Shown one piece after another: positions 18,853-28,195 of a DNA stretch of 64,000 nt. The stretch is taken from contig CAVPOM010000009.1 of the NCBI GenBank assembly GCA_963707025.1, positions 128,001 through 192,000 of the forward strand, given 5' to 3'. The notes under the pieces were generated by a model. It did no database searches. It saw only the letters and a list, made by a program, of their open reading frames with translations, and was not told the DNA's origin. Position numbers and translations under genes: made by a program. This DNA is from an uncultured Verrucomicrobiae bacterium (lineage in GTDB: Bacteria > Verrucomicrobiota > Verrucomicrobiia > Limisphaerales > Palsa-1400). Position 1 is the first letter of the stretch. Each line of letters opens with the position of its first letter.

Positions 18853-20070
18853 TCAGCCTTTCGTTGGAACCAGTGGAGCGCCAGCCCTGCCCTTGAGCTT
18901 GCGCTGGTAGAGCCGTCCCCACGCCTGCATGGTCCGCCGGGATGGCTCGCAGAATTTCTGGGCAATCAGCGTCGGCACAAACGCGCTCAGGATCACGACC
19001 GTGACCAGAATGGAATACTGTTTCTGATCAATGATCTTGTTTTGCAGGCCGAAGAGCGCGGAGATCGTGCCGAAGGTCAGCCCGGTGGACATGAGCAAGG
19101 TGGTGTAATTGGCCTCGCGCTTGCGCAGGAAGAACATGCGCGAAAGAGGCAACACGCCCACGAATTTGGTGATCATCTTCAGCGCCAGCAATACCACGAT
19201 CACGCCCAGCGCCGCCCAGAGCGCCGGCAGCGACACGAACGAGCCGGCGCGGATGAAGTAGAACGGCGTGAACACCGCGAAGGCGATGCTTCGCATCCGA
19301 TGCACCAGCGTTTTGTCCCGCAGGAACACCCCGGCCACAACCAGCCCGATCAGATAAGCCGGCAGCACCGCCTCGCTTTTGGCCGTGGAGGCCAGTCCGC
19401 CCAAGAAGAAGAGGACGAAGAAAATAAACTTGATTTCCGGTTCGCTCACCCGGGTCGCCCCCATGCGGACGACGATGAATTGCGTCCACCGGGGCATGAA
19501 CCAGAGCGTCAGGCCCGTGACGAGGACAAACACCAGCAGCCAGATGTTGAAGCTGGCGAAGATGAAACCCAGAGCCAGCACCGTCCCCAGGTCGTTGATG
19601 AAACAGGCCGCCAGAATCATCTTGCCCAGCGCCGTTTCGTTTTGCCGGGTCTCGATCATCACGGCATAGACCACGGCGACCGAAGTAGTGGAGAGGGCGA
19701 TCCCGGCGATTTGGGCTTGATGGAGCGGCCAGCCGAGAACCAATTGCGCAAAGGCCCACACCCCCGCGAACGGCAGCACAAAGGCCGCCGTGCCGATGGC
19801 CATGCTCGCCCGGAAATTGGCCCGCAGCGATACCGGATCAATCTCCGCCCCGGCCAGAAAGGTCAGCACCCCGCTGCCCAGCATGGCGAGAAAGTTGGTC
19901 CAGTCGGTCGAACGCAGGATTTGCTGGCCATCGCCAAAGTGGATGTTGCCGGCGGCCACCCCAACGACGATTTCAATCAGCGCCACGGAGAGGCCGACGC
20001 GAATGGAAACCAGGCTCGCCACCAAAGCCAGTCCCATCCAGATCGCCGCGATGAACCAGATATTGTCCAT
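18853..20070 (-). CDS. Cation:proton antiporter (CPA2 / Na+/H+ exchanger family)
   Basis: About 12 TM segments; FLAGAEID, ALSTTSVAVV, ACFINDLG. Confidence 0.88.
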   Translation of the reverse strand: MDNIWFIAAIWMGLALVASLVSIRVGLSVALIEIVVGVAAGNIHFGDGQQILRSTDWTNFLAMLGSGVLTFLAGAEIDPVSLRANFRASMAIGTAAFVLPFAGVWAFAQLVLGWPLHQAQIAGIALSTTSVAVVYAVMIETRQNETALGKMILAACFINDLGTVLALGFIFASFNIWLLVFVLVTGLTLWFMPRWTQFIVVRMGATRVSEPEIKFIFFVLFFLGGLASTAKSEAVLPAYLIGLVVAGVFLRDKTLVHRMRSIAFAVFTPFYFIRAGSFVSLPALWAALGVIVVLLALKMITKFVGVLPLSRMFFLRKREANYTTLLMSTGLTFGTISALFGLQNKIIDQKQYSILVTVVILSAFVPTLIAQKFCEPSRRTMQAWGRLYQRKLKGRAGAPLVPTKG

Positions 20071-20160
20071 TTTGCCTTTCGTTCAGTTCAGGTGGCGGGC
20101 AGGCCCGTGGTCCAGCCGCCCATTCAGCCTGCAATGACTCCGCCCGCCATGATGGCGCTG

Positions 20161-20231
20161 TCAGGAGTCATCAGCACTGAAACGATCAGGCGGTTTTCCC
20201 GCCACTCGGCGGGTTGGCAAACCCCATTGCC
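20161..20231 (-). promoter_or_regulatory. Fluoride (crcB-class) riboswitch
   Basis: Minus strand GGCAATGGGGTTTGCC...AACCGC...GCTGATGACTCCT matches the fluoride aptamer consensus (P1 GGCAA/TTGCC, pseudoknot GGGGT/ACTCC). Lies 90 nt upstream of the antiporter. Confidence 0.85.
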
Positions 20232-20594
20232 AAAAGCTTTATCGCACAAACCGCCTGGCCTGGGAAGCCCTTTTTTTCAAGGCCAACATGGCCGCTTTTG
20301 GCGCTGTTTGGGCTGCTCCATGCTCCATCCCCGCTTGTCCGCCCTGGCTTGAGCGACGGCGGAATCCTGGCTTTGGCTGCGGCTCTGGCACGCTGTGGAT
20401 CTGGGCTTGGCAGGATGGGGCCGGCAAACTACGCATGTGACCAATCGCGAAGCCAGACCCACCGTTTTCAAGCCCGCGCCCGTCCATCCCCAGCGAGGTC
20501 CAGGAAGGTTGTCAATCGCAAATCCACAATTTACACTTCTCATTTGACGTTCCAGCATTAGGTGTTATACTAATCTCACGACGACATAAAACAC

Positions 20595-20900
20595 ATGAGT
20601 GCCCGAAAAACTACCTCCCCTGATCTCCTTGCTTTTGCCCCAACCACCACCCAATGCCTGACCCTGCCCGCCGAGGCCGTGCGCGTCCGCAAGAATGGCA
20701 TCGAATTCCGCAGCAAGGATGCCTTCCAGCCCTGGACGGAAATGACGCTGAGTTTGCAGCGCCCGGACGGGAGCAAAAAGATCCACTGCACCGGGGTCAT
20801 CGTGGCCTGCGATGGCAATCGGCATCAGGGCTACACCATTTCCATGCTCTTCACCAACCTGTCCCGGCAATCCCAGGCCCGTTGGCTCACTTATTCCTGA
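20595..20900 (+). CDS. PilZ-like small protein
   Basis: GIEF...CTGVIVAC.....Y.ISMLF beta-barrel pattern. Preceded by TTGACG-16 bp-TATACT (20544-20571) and upstream of pilT. Confidence 0.5.
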   Translation: MSARKTTSPDLLAFAPTTTQCLTLPAEAVRVRKNGIEFRSKDAFQPWTEMTLSLQRPDGSKKIHCTGVIVACDGNRHQGYTISMLFTNLSRQSQARWLTYS

Positions 20901-20953
20901 ACCCGGTTAATTGCTGACTGGCTTTTGCCCCGGCCAACCCGTAGCCTGCGGGC

Positions 20954-22042
20954 ATGGAAACTTTCCGTAAAATTCTCTCCACGGCCGTCGAGGGCGGCGC
21001 CTCCGATGTCCACCTGAAAATCGGCGCCCCCATAGTCTTTCGCATCAACCGGCGCCTGGTGGTGGTGGACGGGCCCTGTCCGACCGAAGAATGGATGGAG
21101 ATGGTGGTGGGAAATATCCTGCCGCGCCATCACAAGGCCCACATCGAAGAGACGCGGGAGGTGGATTTTTCCTATTTTATGCCCGGGGTCGGGCGGTTCC
21201 GCACCAACTGCTTCCACCAGCGCGGGCAGTTTTGTCTGGCCCTGCGCTATGTCAAAACCCAGGTCCCGTCCTTCGAGGAGTTGGGCTTGCTCCCGCAGTT
21301 GCGGCAAATCGCCGAAAGCCCGCGCGGCATTGTCCTGCTCGCCGGCTCCACCGGCTGCGGCAAATCCACCACCCTGGCCGCCATGGTCGAACACATCAAC
21401 GCCAACGGCCGCAAACACATCATCACCCTGGAGGACCCCATCGAGTACGTGTTTGAAGACAACCAATCGGTCATCGAACAGCGGGAAATCGGCCTGGACA
21501 CCCTCTCCTTCGAAGAAGGACTCAAGCACGTCCTGCGCCAGGACCCGGACGTGATCATGATCGGGGAAATGCGCGACGCCACCAGCTTCACCGCCGCCAT
21601 GGCCGCCGCCGACACCGGGCACCTGGTCCTTTCCACCTTGCACACCACCAACGCCGCCCAGTCCATCAGCCGCATCCTGGACTTCTTCAGAGCGGACGAA
21701 CGGGACCAAATCCGGCGCCAGATTGCCGGCACGCTTCAGGCCGTGGTCTGCCAGCGCATGGTGCCCACCATCACCGGGGGCATGACTCCCGCCCAGGAGA
21801 TCATGATCAACTCCGGCACCGTGCGCAAACTCATCGAGGAAAACCGCCTGGAGCGCCTCGGCGCGGCCATCGAAACCGGCAGCGAAGAAGGCATGCTCAA
21901 CTTCAACCAGTCCCTCTTCACCCTGGTCAAGGACGGCAAAGTCAGCCAGGCGGACGCCCTGGCCAAGGCGACCAACGCCCAAGCCCTGGAAATGAACTTC
22001 CAGGGCATCTTCCTGACAGAAGGCAAGCGCATTCTGGGCTGA
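20954..22042 (+). CDS. pilT: PilT/PilU type IV pilus retraction ATPase
   Basis: ASDVHL, GSTGCGKSTT, TLEDPIE, LRQDPDVIMIGEMRD, TGHLVLSTLH. Confidence 0.9.
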   Translation: METFRKILSTAVEGGASDVHLKIGAPIVFRINRRLVVVDGPCPTEEWMEMVVGNILPRHHKAHIEETREVDFSYFMPGVGRFRTNCFHQRGQFCLALRYVKTQVPSFEELGLLPQLRQIAESPRGIVLLAGSTGCGKSTTLAAMVEHINANGRKHIITLEDPIEYVFEDNQSVIEQREIGLDTLSFEEGLKHVLRQDPDVIMIGEMRDATSFTAAMAAADTGHLVLSTLHTTNAAQSISRILDFFRADERDQIRRQIAGTLQAVVCQRMVPTITGGMTPAQEIMINSGTVRKLIEENRLERLGAAIETGSEEGMLNFNQSLFTLVKDGKVSQADALAKATNAQALEMNFQGIFLTEGKRILG

Positions 22043-22074
22043 ACGGTCCTCCGTGCGGGGCCGGGGCTAAACAT

Positions 22075-23559
22075 CTACTTGACGCCAGTCATCAGGCGCT
22101 GGATCGGCCTGGCCAGGAGCAGCACCACCACCCCCGTCCCGCCCGCCGTCAGCACAATTTGAAAAAAGCCCCAGGGCAGGGTTTCCACCTTGGTGGGGTC
22201 AAAGGAGCCGGCGATTTGGCCGGCGATGAGATTGCCCAGCGAGGTGGCCAGAAACCAGATTCCCATCATCTGCCCAACCAGCCGTTTTGGCGCCAGCTTG
22301 GTCATCGAACTCAATCCAACCGGACTAACACACAACTCGCCGAAAGTATGCAGCAGATACATCGCAATCAGCCAGGTCGGCAGCACCTTGCCGCCGTGTT
22401 TCACGAATGTGGCCGCCCAGGCGATCACCCCGAAACCCGCCGCCAGCAGCAGCAGCCCGACGCCGAATTTCACCGGCAGCGACGGCTCCCGCTTCCGGCG
22501 CGCCAAGGCCAGCCACAAAGCCGCCATGACCGGCGCCAGGACAATGACAAACAAGGGCCCCAGCATTTGAAACACGCCCGCCGGAATGACATGCCCGAAA
22601 AAGCCCCGATCCGTGTGCCGCTCCGCGAAAAGATTGAGCGACGAACCCGCCTGTTCGAATCCCGACCAGAACATCACCGAGGCAAGAAAAAGCACCAGGC
22701 TAACTCCCACCCGCTTTTTCTCCACCGCGTCGAGGTCCAAAAAGAAAAACGCCACGATGAAAAACAAAGCCCCAATTCCGACAATCACGTATTTTGTGTT
22801 TTCCGCCAGGCTGATGGGATTCAAGTGGAGCACCCCGGCCCACGTCAGCCCAATCGTCAAAAGCAGCGCGCCGAGAATAGAGAAGAGAACTGCCAAATCC
22901 TTCTTCCGCACCCCTTCCTGATGGCCGGGCTGCGCCCCGGCCTTGCCCAGGCTCTTGATGAAAAACCGGTATTGGAGCAGGCCGAAAAACATGCCCACCC
23001 CCGGGGCCGCAAACCCGTAGCGCCAGTTCTGCTCCGCCAGCGGGCTGCAAATGAGCGGGCCGATAAAAGCGCCCAGGTTGATCCCCATGTAAAAAATGCT
23101 GAAGCCCGCATCCCGCCGCGCCCCGCCTTCCGGGTAAAGCTCCCCGACAATCGCGCTCACGTTCGGCTTGAGCATCCCCGTCCCCAGCACCAGCAGGCAC
23201 AACCCAAGGTAAAACGTGTCCGTTCGCGGAATGGCCAGCGTAAAATCCCCCAGCATGATGATAATTCCGCCGTACCAGACGGCCCGTTGCGCGCCGAGAA
23301 ACCGGTCCGCCATCCAGCCGCCGAACAAGGCCGCCAGATAGACTCCCGCCGTATAAAGCCCGTAAATCGCCCCGGCCATTTTGTCCGTCAGCCCAAACCC
23401 GCCATGCACCTTGTCCACCAGAAACAAAATCAGAAACGCCCGCATCCCGTAGTAACTGAACCGCTCCCACATCTCCGTGAAAAACAGCGTGGCCAAGCCG
23501 CGCGGCTGCCCTCGCGGCACGGACTCGGCGGCATCTGTGGCGGCGGGTGAATCAGGCAT
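22075..23559 (-). CDS. POT/PTR family proton-dependent oligopeptide transporter
   Basis: EMWERFSYYGMR signature and FYMGINLG. Start taken at MPDSPAA. Confidence 0.92.
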   Translation of the reverse strand: MPDSPAATDAAESVPRGQPRGLATLFFTEMWERFSYYGMRAFLILFLVDKVHGGFGLTDKMAGAIYGLYTAGVYLAALFGGWMADRFLGAQRAVWYGGIIIMLGDFTLAIPRTDTFYLGLCLLVLGTGMLKPNVSAIVGELYPEGGARRDAGFSIFYMGINLGAFIGPLICSPLAEQNWRYGFAAPGVGMFFGLLQYRFFIKSLGKAGAQPGHQEGVRKKDLAVLFSILGALLLTIGLTWAGVLHLNPISLAENTKYVIVGIGALFFIVAFFFLDLDAVEKKRVGVSLVLFLASVMFWSGFEQAGSSLNLFAERHTDRGFFGHVIPAGVFQMLGPLFVIVLAPVMAALWLALARRKREPSLPVKFGVGLLLLAAGFGVIAWAATFVKHGGKVLPTWLIAMYLLHTFGELCVSPVGLSSMTKLAPKRLVGQMMGIWFLATSLGNLIAGQIAGSFDPTKVETLPWGFFQIVLTAGGTGVVVLLLARPIQRLMTGVK

Positions 23560-23803
23560 GAACTGTGGGCGTCGGTTTGATGGCCACGAAAATGACCGCC
23601 CGGCGCTGAAAATGCAAAATGAAAAATGCCACCTCAAATCCCCGCCAGGGTGGCGGGACTCCCCGAGCCGTGACCCGACGGCCAATCCGCCATCCGCCAT
23701 TGTAAAATCCGCAATCGGTTGACGTGCCTCCGCAACCACGGCAGACTGCCTGGGCAACGATGTCCGCGCTCGAACCCGCGGCAAGAGATAACCGGACCAC
23801 AAC

Positions 23804-25192
23804 ATGAACAACGAACCGACGCCACCGGCGAAACCCGCCCTAAACAAGGAGGGCCGCAAAATAACTTTGGGCCGGCTGCTCGCGCCCTCCATGGATGCGC
23901 TGGGCCTGAGTCGCGGCGCCGCCCTGACCACTTTTTTGTTCATCGGCGCCGCTCTCCTCCTGGCTGTTTTCTGGTTCTTTCAATCCGCCCCCCCAAAAAC
24001 CATCACCATCACCAGCGGCGCCGCCGGCAGCACCTTCCAGACCAATGCCGAAAAATACCGCGCCATCCTCGCCAGCAACGGCGTGACCTTGAAAATCCTG
24101 CCCTCGGAAGGCTCTCCGGAGAACCTCCAGCGGCTCAAGGACACTTCGTTTCCGGTGGACGTTGGTTTTGTGCAAGGCGGCATGACCAATGCCGCAGGGG
24201 GCGAGCGGCTCTTTTCCCTTGGGAGCATCGCCTATGAACCGCTTTTTGTCTTTTATCGCGGGTCCAACTCCCTGTCCATCCTGTCCGAGCTGGCCGGCCG
24301 GCGGCTGGCCATTGGCGAACCGGGCAGCGGAACGCGCGCCCTGGCTTTATCACTCCTGCATCTCAACGAGATTGAACCCGGCGGCCCGACTCAATTGTTG
24401 GATTTGGCTGCGGCCGACGCCGCCGGGGCTTTGCTGGCGGGCAAAGTGGATGCGGTCTTCCTGATGGGCGATTCGGCTTCGACCAACCTGATTCACCAAC
24501 TCCTCCACTCGCCGGAAATACACCTCCTTGATTTTGCGCAGGCCGATGGCTATACCCGCCGCATCAGCTACCTCAACAACCTGGTCCTTCCCCAAGGTTG
24601 CCTTGATTTTGGGAAAAACCTGCCGGCGCATGACATCCATCTCATCGGTCCCACCGTCGAACTCCTGGTCCGCCCCAATTTACACCCCGCCCTGTCGGAT
24701 TTGTTGCTGGAGGCGGCCCAATCCGTCCATGGCAGAGCCACCATCCTGCAACGCCGCGGCGAGTTCCCTGCCCCGCTCGAACACGACTTTCCCATCAGCC
24801 CCGACGCCAGCCGCTTCTACAAGTCGGGCAAAAGTTTTCTTTATCGTGCCCTGCCCTTTTGGCTGGCGGGCGTGGTGCGGCGCGCCCTGCTGGCCTTTGT
24901 CCCCGCCATTATCGTGCTCATTCCCGGACTGCGCGTCCTGCCGGCGCTTTACAGATTGCGGATGAGGCTGCGCCTCTACCGCTGGTACCGCGCCTTGCTG
25001 GCCTTGGAACGCGCCTCTCCGGCGGCTTCCACTCCGGACGCGCGCCGCCAATCCCTCGCCAAACTCGATCACATCGAAAACGAAGTCAACCGGCTGAAAG
25101 TGCCGGCCTCCTTCGCCGACCAGTTCTACGGTCTGCGCGAGCACATCCAATTTGTGCGCGGCCGCCTGACGGACAGCGCGGACTCTGCATGA
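23804..25192 (+). CDS. TAXI-family TRAP solute-binding protein, membrane anchored
   Basis: ITITSGAAGSTF, SEGSPENL, VGFVQGG, LAIGEPGSGT. Confidence 0.8.
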   Translation: MNNEPTPPAKPALNKEGRKITLGRLLAPSMDALGLSRGAALTTFLFIGAALLLAVFWFFQSAPPKTITITSGAAGSTFQTNAEKYRAILASNGVTLKILPSEGSPENLQRLKDTSFPVDVGFVQGGMTNAAGGERLFSLGSIAYEPLFVFYRGSNSLSILSELAGRRLAIGEPGSGTRALALSLLHLNEIEPGGPTQLLDLAAADAAGALLAGKVDAVFLMGDSASTNLIHQLLHSPEIHLLDFAQADGYTRRISYLNNLVLPQGCLDFGKNLPAHDIHLIGPTVELLVRPNLHPALSDLLLEAAQSVHGRATILQRRGEFPAPLEHDFPISPDASRFYKSGKSFLYRALPFWLAGVVRRALLAFVPAIIVLIPGLRVLPALYRLRMRLRLYRWYRALLALERASPAASTPDARRQSLAKLDHIENEVNRLKVPASFADQFYGLREHIQFVRGRLTDSADSA

Positions 25193-25226
25193 GATGAGGT
25201 GCGTTTCACATTCTTGAGTTTTCTTT

Positions 25227-25307
25227 CTTAATCGTAATCTTAATCTTGCTCTTAATCCGAATGCGGGAGGGCTGCGATTAACATTAAGATTAGGAGCAAG
25301 ATTAAGA
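25227..25307. repeat. Inverted repeat built from TAATCT/AGATTA hexamers
   Basis: TCTTAATCGTAATCTTAATCTTGCTCTTAATC ... GATTAACATTAAGATTAGGAGCAAGATTAAGA. Confidence 0.7.
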
Positions 25308-25398
25308 GGGGAACCCAAAAATCTGAAATGCACCCCGTGAGATGGGGAGGCAGAAATGGAACTTGAAGTTTCCCCCCGCCCGGATTAGGGTGTCAACC

Positions 25399-26499
25399 AT
25401 GAGTGCCAGCTTGGTTGACGCAACCGTTTCCGAACAGATTTCCCACCTCACCCGCCGTGTGCTGCACGGCGGCGCCATCACCCGCGGCGAGGCCGCCTGG
25501 CTTTTCAGCCTGGAAAGCTCGGCCGACATTTTTGATCTCATGGCCGGGGCCAACCGCCTGCGCGAACATTTCAAGGGCAACAAGATCCATCTCTGCTCCA
25601 TCGTCAACGCCAAGGCCGGCGCCTGCTCCGAGAATTGCAGCTTCTGCGCCCAATCCTCCTTTCACCAGACCGATTCGCCCAAATATGGATTTGTGGATCC
25701 GGAACCCGTCGAGCAGGCCGCCGACGAGGCCCGCCGCAACCACGTTACCGCCGTCGGCCTGGTCGCCGCCTGGCGCGGCCTGAAAGAAGGGCCCATGCTC
25801 GACGAAGTTTGCGAGCGGATTCGCGAACTGGCCAAAAGCGGCAAGACCCGCGCCGACGCCTCTCTGGGCATCATCGAAAGCCAGGCCGTGGCCGACCGGC
25901 TGAAGGCGGCGGGATTGGAATGTTACGGCCACAACCTGGAAAGCTCGCGCCGGTTTTTCCCCAAACATTGCACCACCCACACCTACGAACACCGCCTCAA
26001 TACCCTCCGCCACCTCAAAAACGCCGGCCTCAAAATCTGTTCCGGCGGCATCATCGGCATGGGGGAGACCCGCGAGGACCGCTGCGAACTGGCTTTTGCG
26101 CTTAAGGAGGTCGGCGCCAACGTCGTGCCCATCAACATCCTCAACCCCATCCAAGGCACGCCCTTTGAGGCCAACCCGCCGCTGCCGCCCCTGGAGATTT
26201 TGAAAACCATCGCCTGTTTCCGTTTCATCCTGCCGCGCCGGGAAATCATGATCGCCGGCGGCCGCACCGTGAATTTGCGCGACATGCAAAGCCTGGTTTT
26301 CGCCGCCGGCGCCAGCGCGCTCATGGTGGGCAACTACCTCACCACCCTCAACCAGCCCGTGGAAAAAGACCTGCAAATGCTCAAAGACCTCGGCCTGGAC
26401 CCCAACTGGGACAAACACGATTTCCGCGACCAGGAAGCAATCCCGGCGCACAGGGACAGCACCAGAGAAAGTTGCGAGACGGAGCCTGCGTTAATTTGA
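25399..26499 (+). CDS. bioB: Biotin synthase
   Basis: Radical SAM CSENCSFCAQS, YGHNLES, CSGGIIGMGE, VPINIL, GNYLTT. Confidence 0.95.
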   Translation: MSASLVDATVSEQISHLTRRVLHGGAITRGEAAWLFSLESSADIFDLMAGANRLREHFKGNKIHLCSIVNAKAGACSENCSFCAQSSFHQTDSPKYGFVDPEPVEQAADEARRNHVTAVGLVAAWRGLKEGPMLDEVCERIRELAKSGKTRADASLGIIESQAVADRLKAAGLECYGHNLESSRRFFPKHCTTHTYEHRLNTLRHLKNAGLKICSGGIIGMGETREDRCELAFALKEVGANVVPINILNPIQGTPFEANPPLPPLEILKTIACFRFILPRREIMIAGGRTVNLRDMQSLVFAAGASALMVGNYLTTLNQPVEKDLQMLKDLGLDPNWDKHDFRDQEAIPAHRDSTRESCETEPALI

Positions 26500-26645
26500 A
26501 ACTGATAATGTGCCAATCTTGTTTGGTAGGGCGGGCAGTCCCCTGCCCGCCGAACGCCGGCAGTGCGGCGTGGGCTCCACTGCCAATGCCCAACGCGCTG
26601 AAACGCGCCCTCGACGAGCGGCTGCTGATTGATTAACATTTCCGC

Positions 26646-26861
26646 ATGAGACGTTCGGAATCCACCTCACGCCTTTCCACGCCGGCGGCAAAGCGGTGGG
26701 GGAAAAAGCTCGCCGCCGACATTGCCGCTGTGATGTCCCGCCATCCCGATGCCGATCCCGAAGATGTCCGCCTCACACTGATTTCACTGCAATCACCGCC
26801 GCTCGCGCGGCTCAACCGGAGTTTGCGCCGTGGCCGAGGTTTTGCCGCTTTCAGAAAGTGA
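26646..26861 (+). CDS. Small hypothetical protein (antitoxin-like)
   Basis: 71-aa ORF lying between the two bioB 3' copies. Confidence 0.45.
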   Translation: MRRSESTSRLSTPAAKRWGKKLAADIAAVMSRHPDADPEDVRLTLISLQSPPLARLNRSLRRGRGFAAFRK

Positions 26862-26862
26862 G

Positions 26863-26998
26863 CCAGACCGTGGAAAAAGACCTGCAAATGCTCAAAGAGG
26901 CCGGCCTGGACCCGAACTGGGACAAACACGATTTCAGTGACCAGGAAGAAACGGCCTGCGGTAAAGCAAGCTGCGAAACCAAAACGGCCTTGGCATAA
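26863..26998 (+). repeat. Second, divergent copy of the bioB 3' end
   Basis: Encodes VEKDLQMLKEAGLDPNWDKHDFSDQE...SCETKTALA*; 31 bp are identical to 26357-26387. Confidence 0.9.
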
Positions 26999-27016
26999 AG
27001 AATTAAGCCGTGACCA

Positions 27017-27730
27017 ATGGCAAATCTGCTCGTAAAAACTTATGTAGATGAATCACTCGCACAATTGAGGCGGCTTGGGCAAATGCGGTGGCCCGGCAAG
27101 CTGCCTGATTCAATGCGAGATGCTTCAATTCCAGCGTCCAAAGATTGGATCGGTTGGAAGCCGGTCGCTAGCACGGTGACTGACGCTGAACTTGATACTC
27201 TCGAAAAAGAAACCAAGTTGGCATTTCCTCCGGCATATCGGGATTTCTTGAAGTATTTGCACTTCGTTGGCCTTACTGAAATAGGGATTCGTTTTGAAAG
27301 GCATTTGTGTAGTGACTGGCGTGATAAACTTCAACGTGCATATTTCCAATCTTGGCCGCGCGAGCGGATACTGGATATTGGCCTGTTGCCATTCGGTGAC
27401 GAAAGCCAAATGGATGCCGGACCAGTTTGCTTTGACACTCGCTCCCGTTTCCAAGATGGAGATTGCCCTGTTGTGTTCTGGGATCACGAATGGATAGGCT
27501 CAGATCAGGAAATACGCCCGATGTTTTCTTCCAGCGTAAAAATGTTCGAGTGCCTCACTCTTGTCGCGCAGACGGATTTCAATTTTATCTATCACGACTT
27601 GGATGACGAACTGACTTCTTTGCCGAAGCGGCAGCAAGCATTAGCCCAATTTCTAGCCATTGATCCAACAGGCGCGGGTGGAGTGGCCAAGGATTACTGG
27701 ACGTGCTGGGGTGTCCGTCCTGCTGTCTAA
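27017..27730 (+). CDS. SMI1/KNR4 (SUKH) family immunity-type protein
   Basis: VTDAELDTLEKETKLAFPPAYRDFL, LLPFG, VCFD, PVVFWDHE. Lower GC than its flanks. Confidence 0.8.
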   Translation: MANLLVKTYVDESLAQLRRLGQMRWPGKLPDSMRDASIPASKDWIGWKPVASTVTDAELDTLEKETKLAFPPAYRDFLKYLHFVGLTEIGIRFERHLCSDWRDKLQRAYFQSWPRERILDIGLLPFGDESQMDAGPVCFDTRSRFQDGDCPVVFWDHEWIGSDQEIRPMFSSSVKMFECLTLVAQTDFNFIYHDLDDELTSLPKRQQALAQFLAIDPTGAGGVAKDYWTCWGVRPAV

Positions 27731-27823
27731 TTACGTCGTGCCCAAAGAGGAATCTGTTACCACGCATTCCCGAGGGCCGGAGGCGCAACTTCCTTGCAGA
27801 AGCACAAACCAAAAAAAATCGTT

Positions 27824-27931
27824 AGCCCCGTCGGGGCGGCATATTCAGGCCATTTCCAGAAGATTTCGCTCCTACGGAGCTTTGGCCGTTTTTGATGGTC
27901 CAACTACAAAGATGGCAGCCCTACGGGCTTG
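27824..27931. repeat. REP-like palindromic element
   Basis: AGCCCCGTCGGGGCGGCATATT...GCTCCTACGGAGCT...AGCCCTACGGGCT hairpin series. Confidence 0.5.
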
Positions 27932-28109
27932 GCAGCCATGCGTCCACCAGCTTGCGGGCGTCTTCCGCTGGGATTCCCTCGCCTCGGCGCGCCTGCTCGC
28001 GGGCGGTCTGGATGCCCGCCAGCAGTTCAATTTCGCGCGCAATTTCCGCCAGAGACATTTCTTCCGGCAGTTTGCGGACAAATTCGATGACGGTTTCCCG
28101 GCTGCTCAT
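27921..28109 (-). CDS. Putative orphan antitoxin
   Basis: 62 aa, VRKLPEEMSLAEIAREIELLAGI..AREQ..RGEGIP pattern. No toxin follows. Confidence 0.5.
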   Translation of the reverse strand: MSSRETVIEFVRKLPEEMSLAEIAREIELLAGIQTAREQARRGEGIPAEDARKLVDAWLPSP

Positions 28110-28195
28110 GGCTATATTATCCTCTATTGCCAAAAAAATGCAAGCTGAACAGTTTTTCTTTGCGTTCCTGGCGTCCCTTGCGCGAAGCTTTCCCG

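Noticed and set aside
18790..20352. Long antisense or alternative-frame ORFs (also 7754-9070, 32928-34481, 34557-36074, 36500-37780, 48910-50427, 55105-56808, 60418-61602)
   Set aside because: Shadow frames of well-supported genes in GC-rich DNA, with no recognisable motifs.
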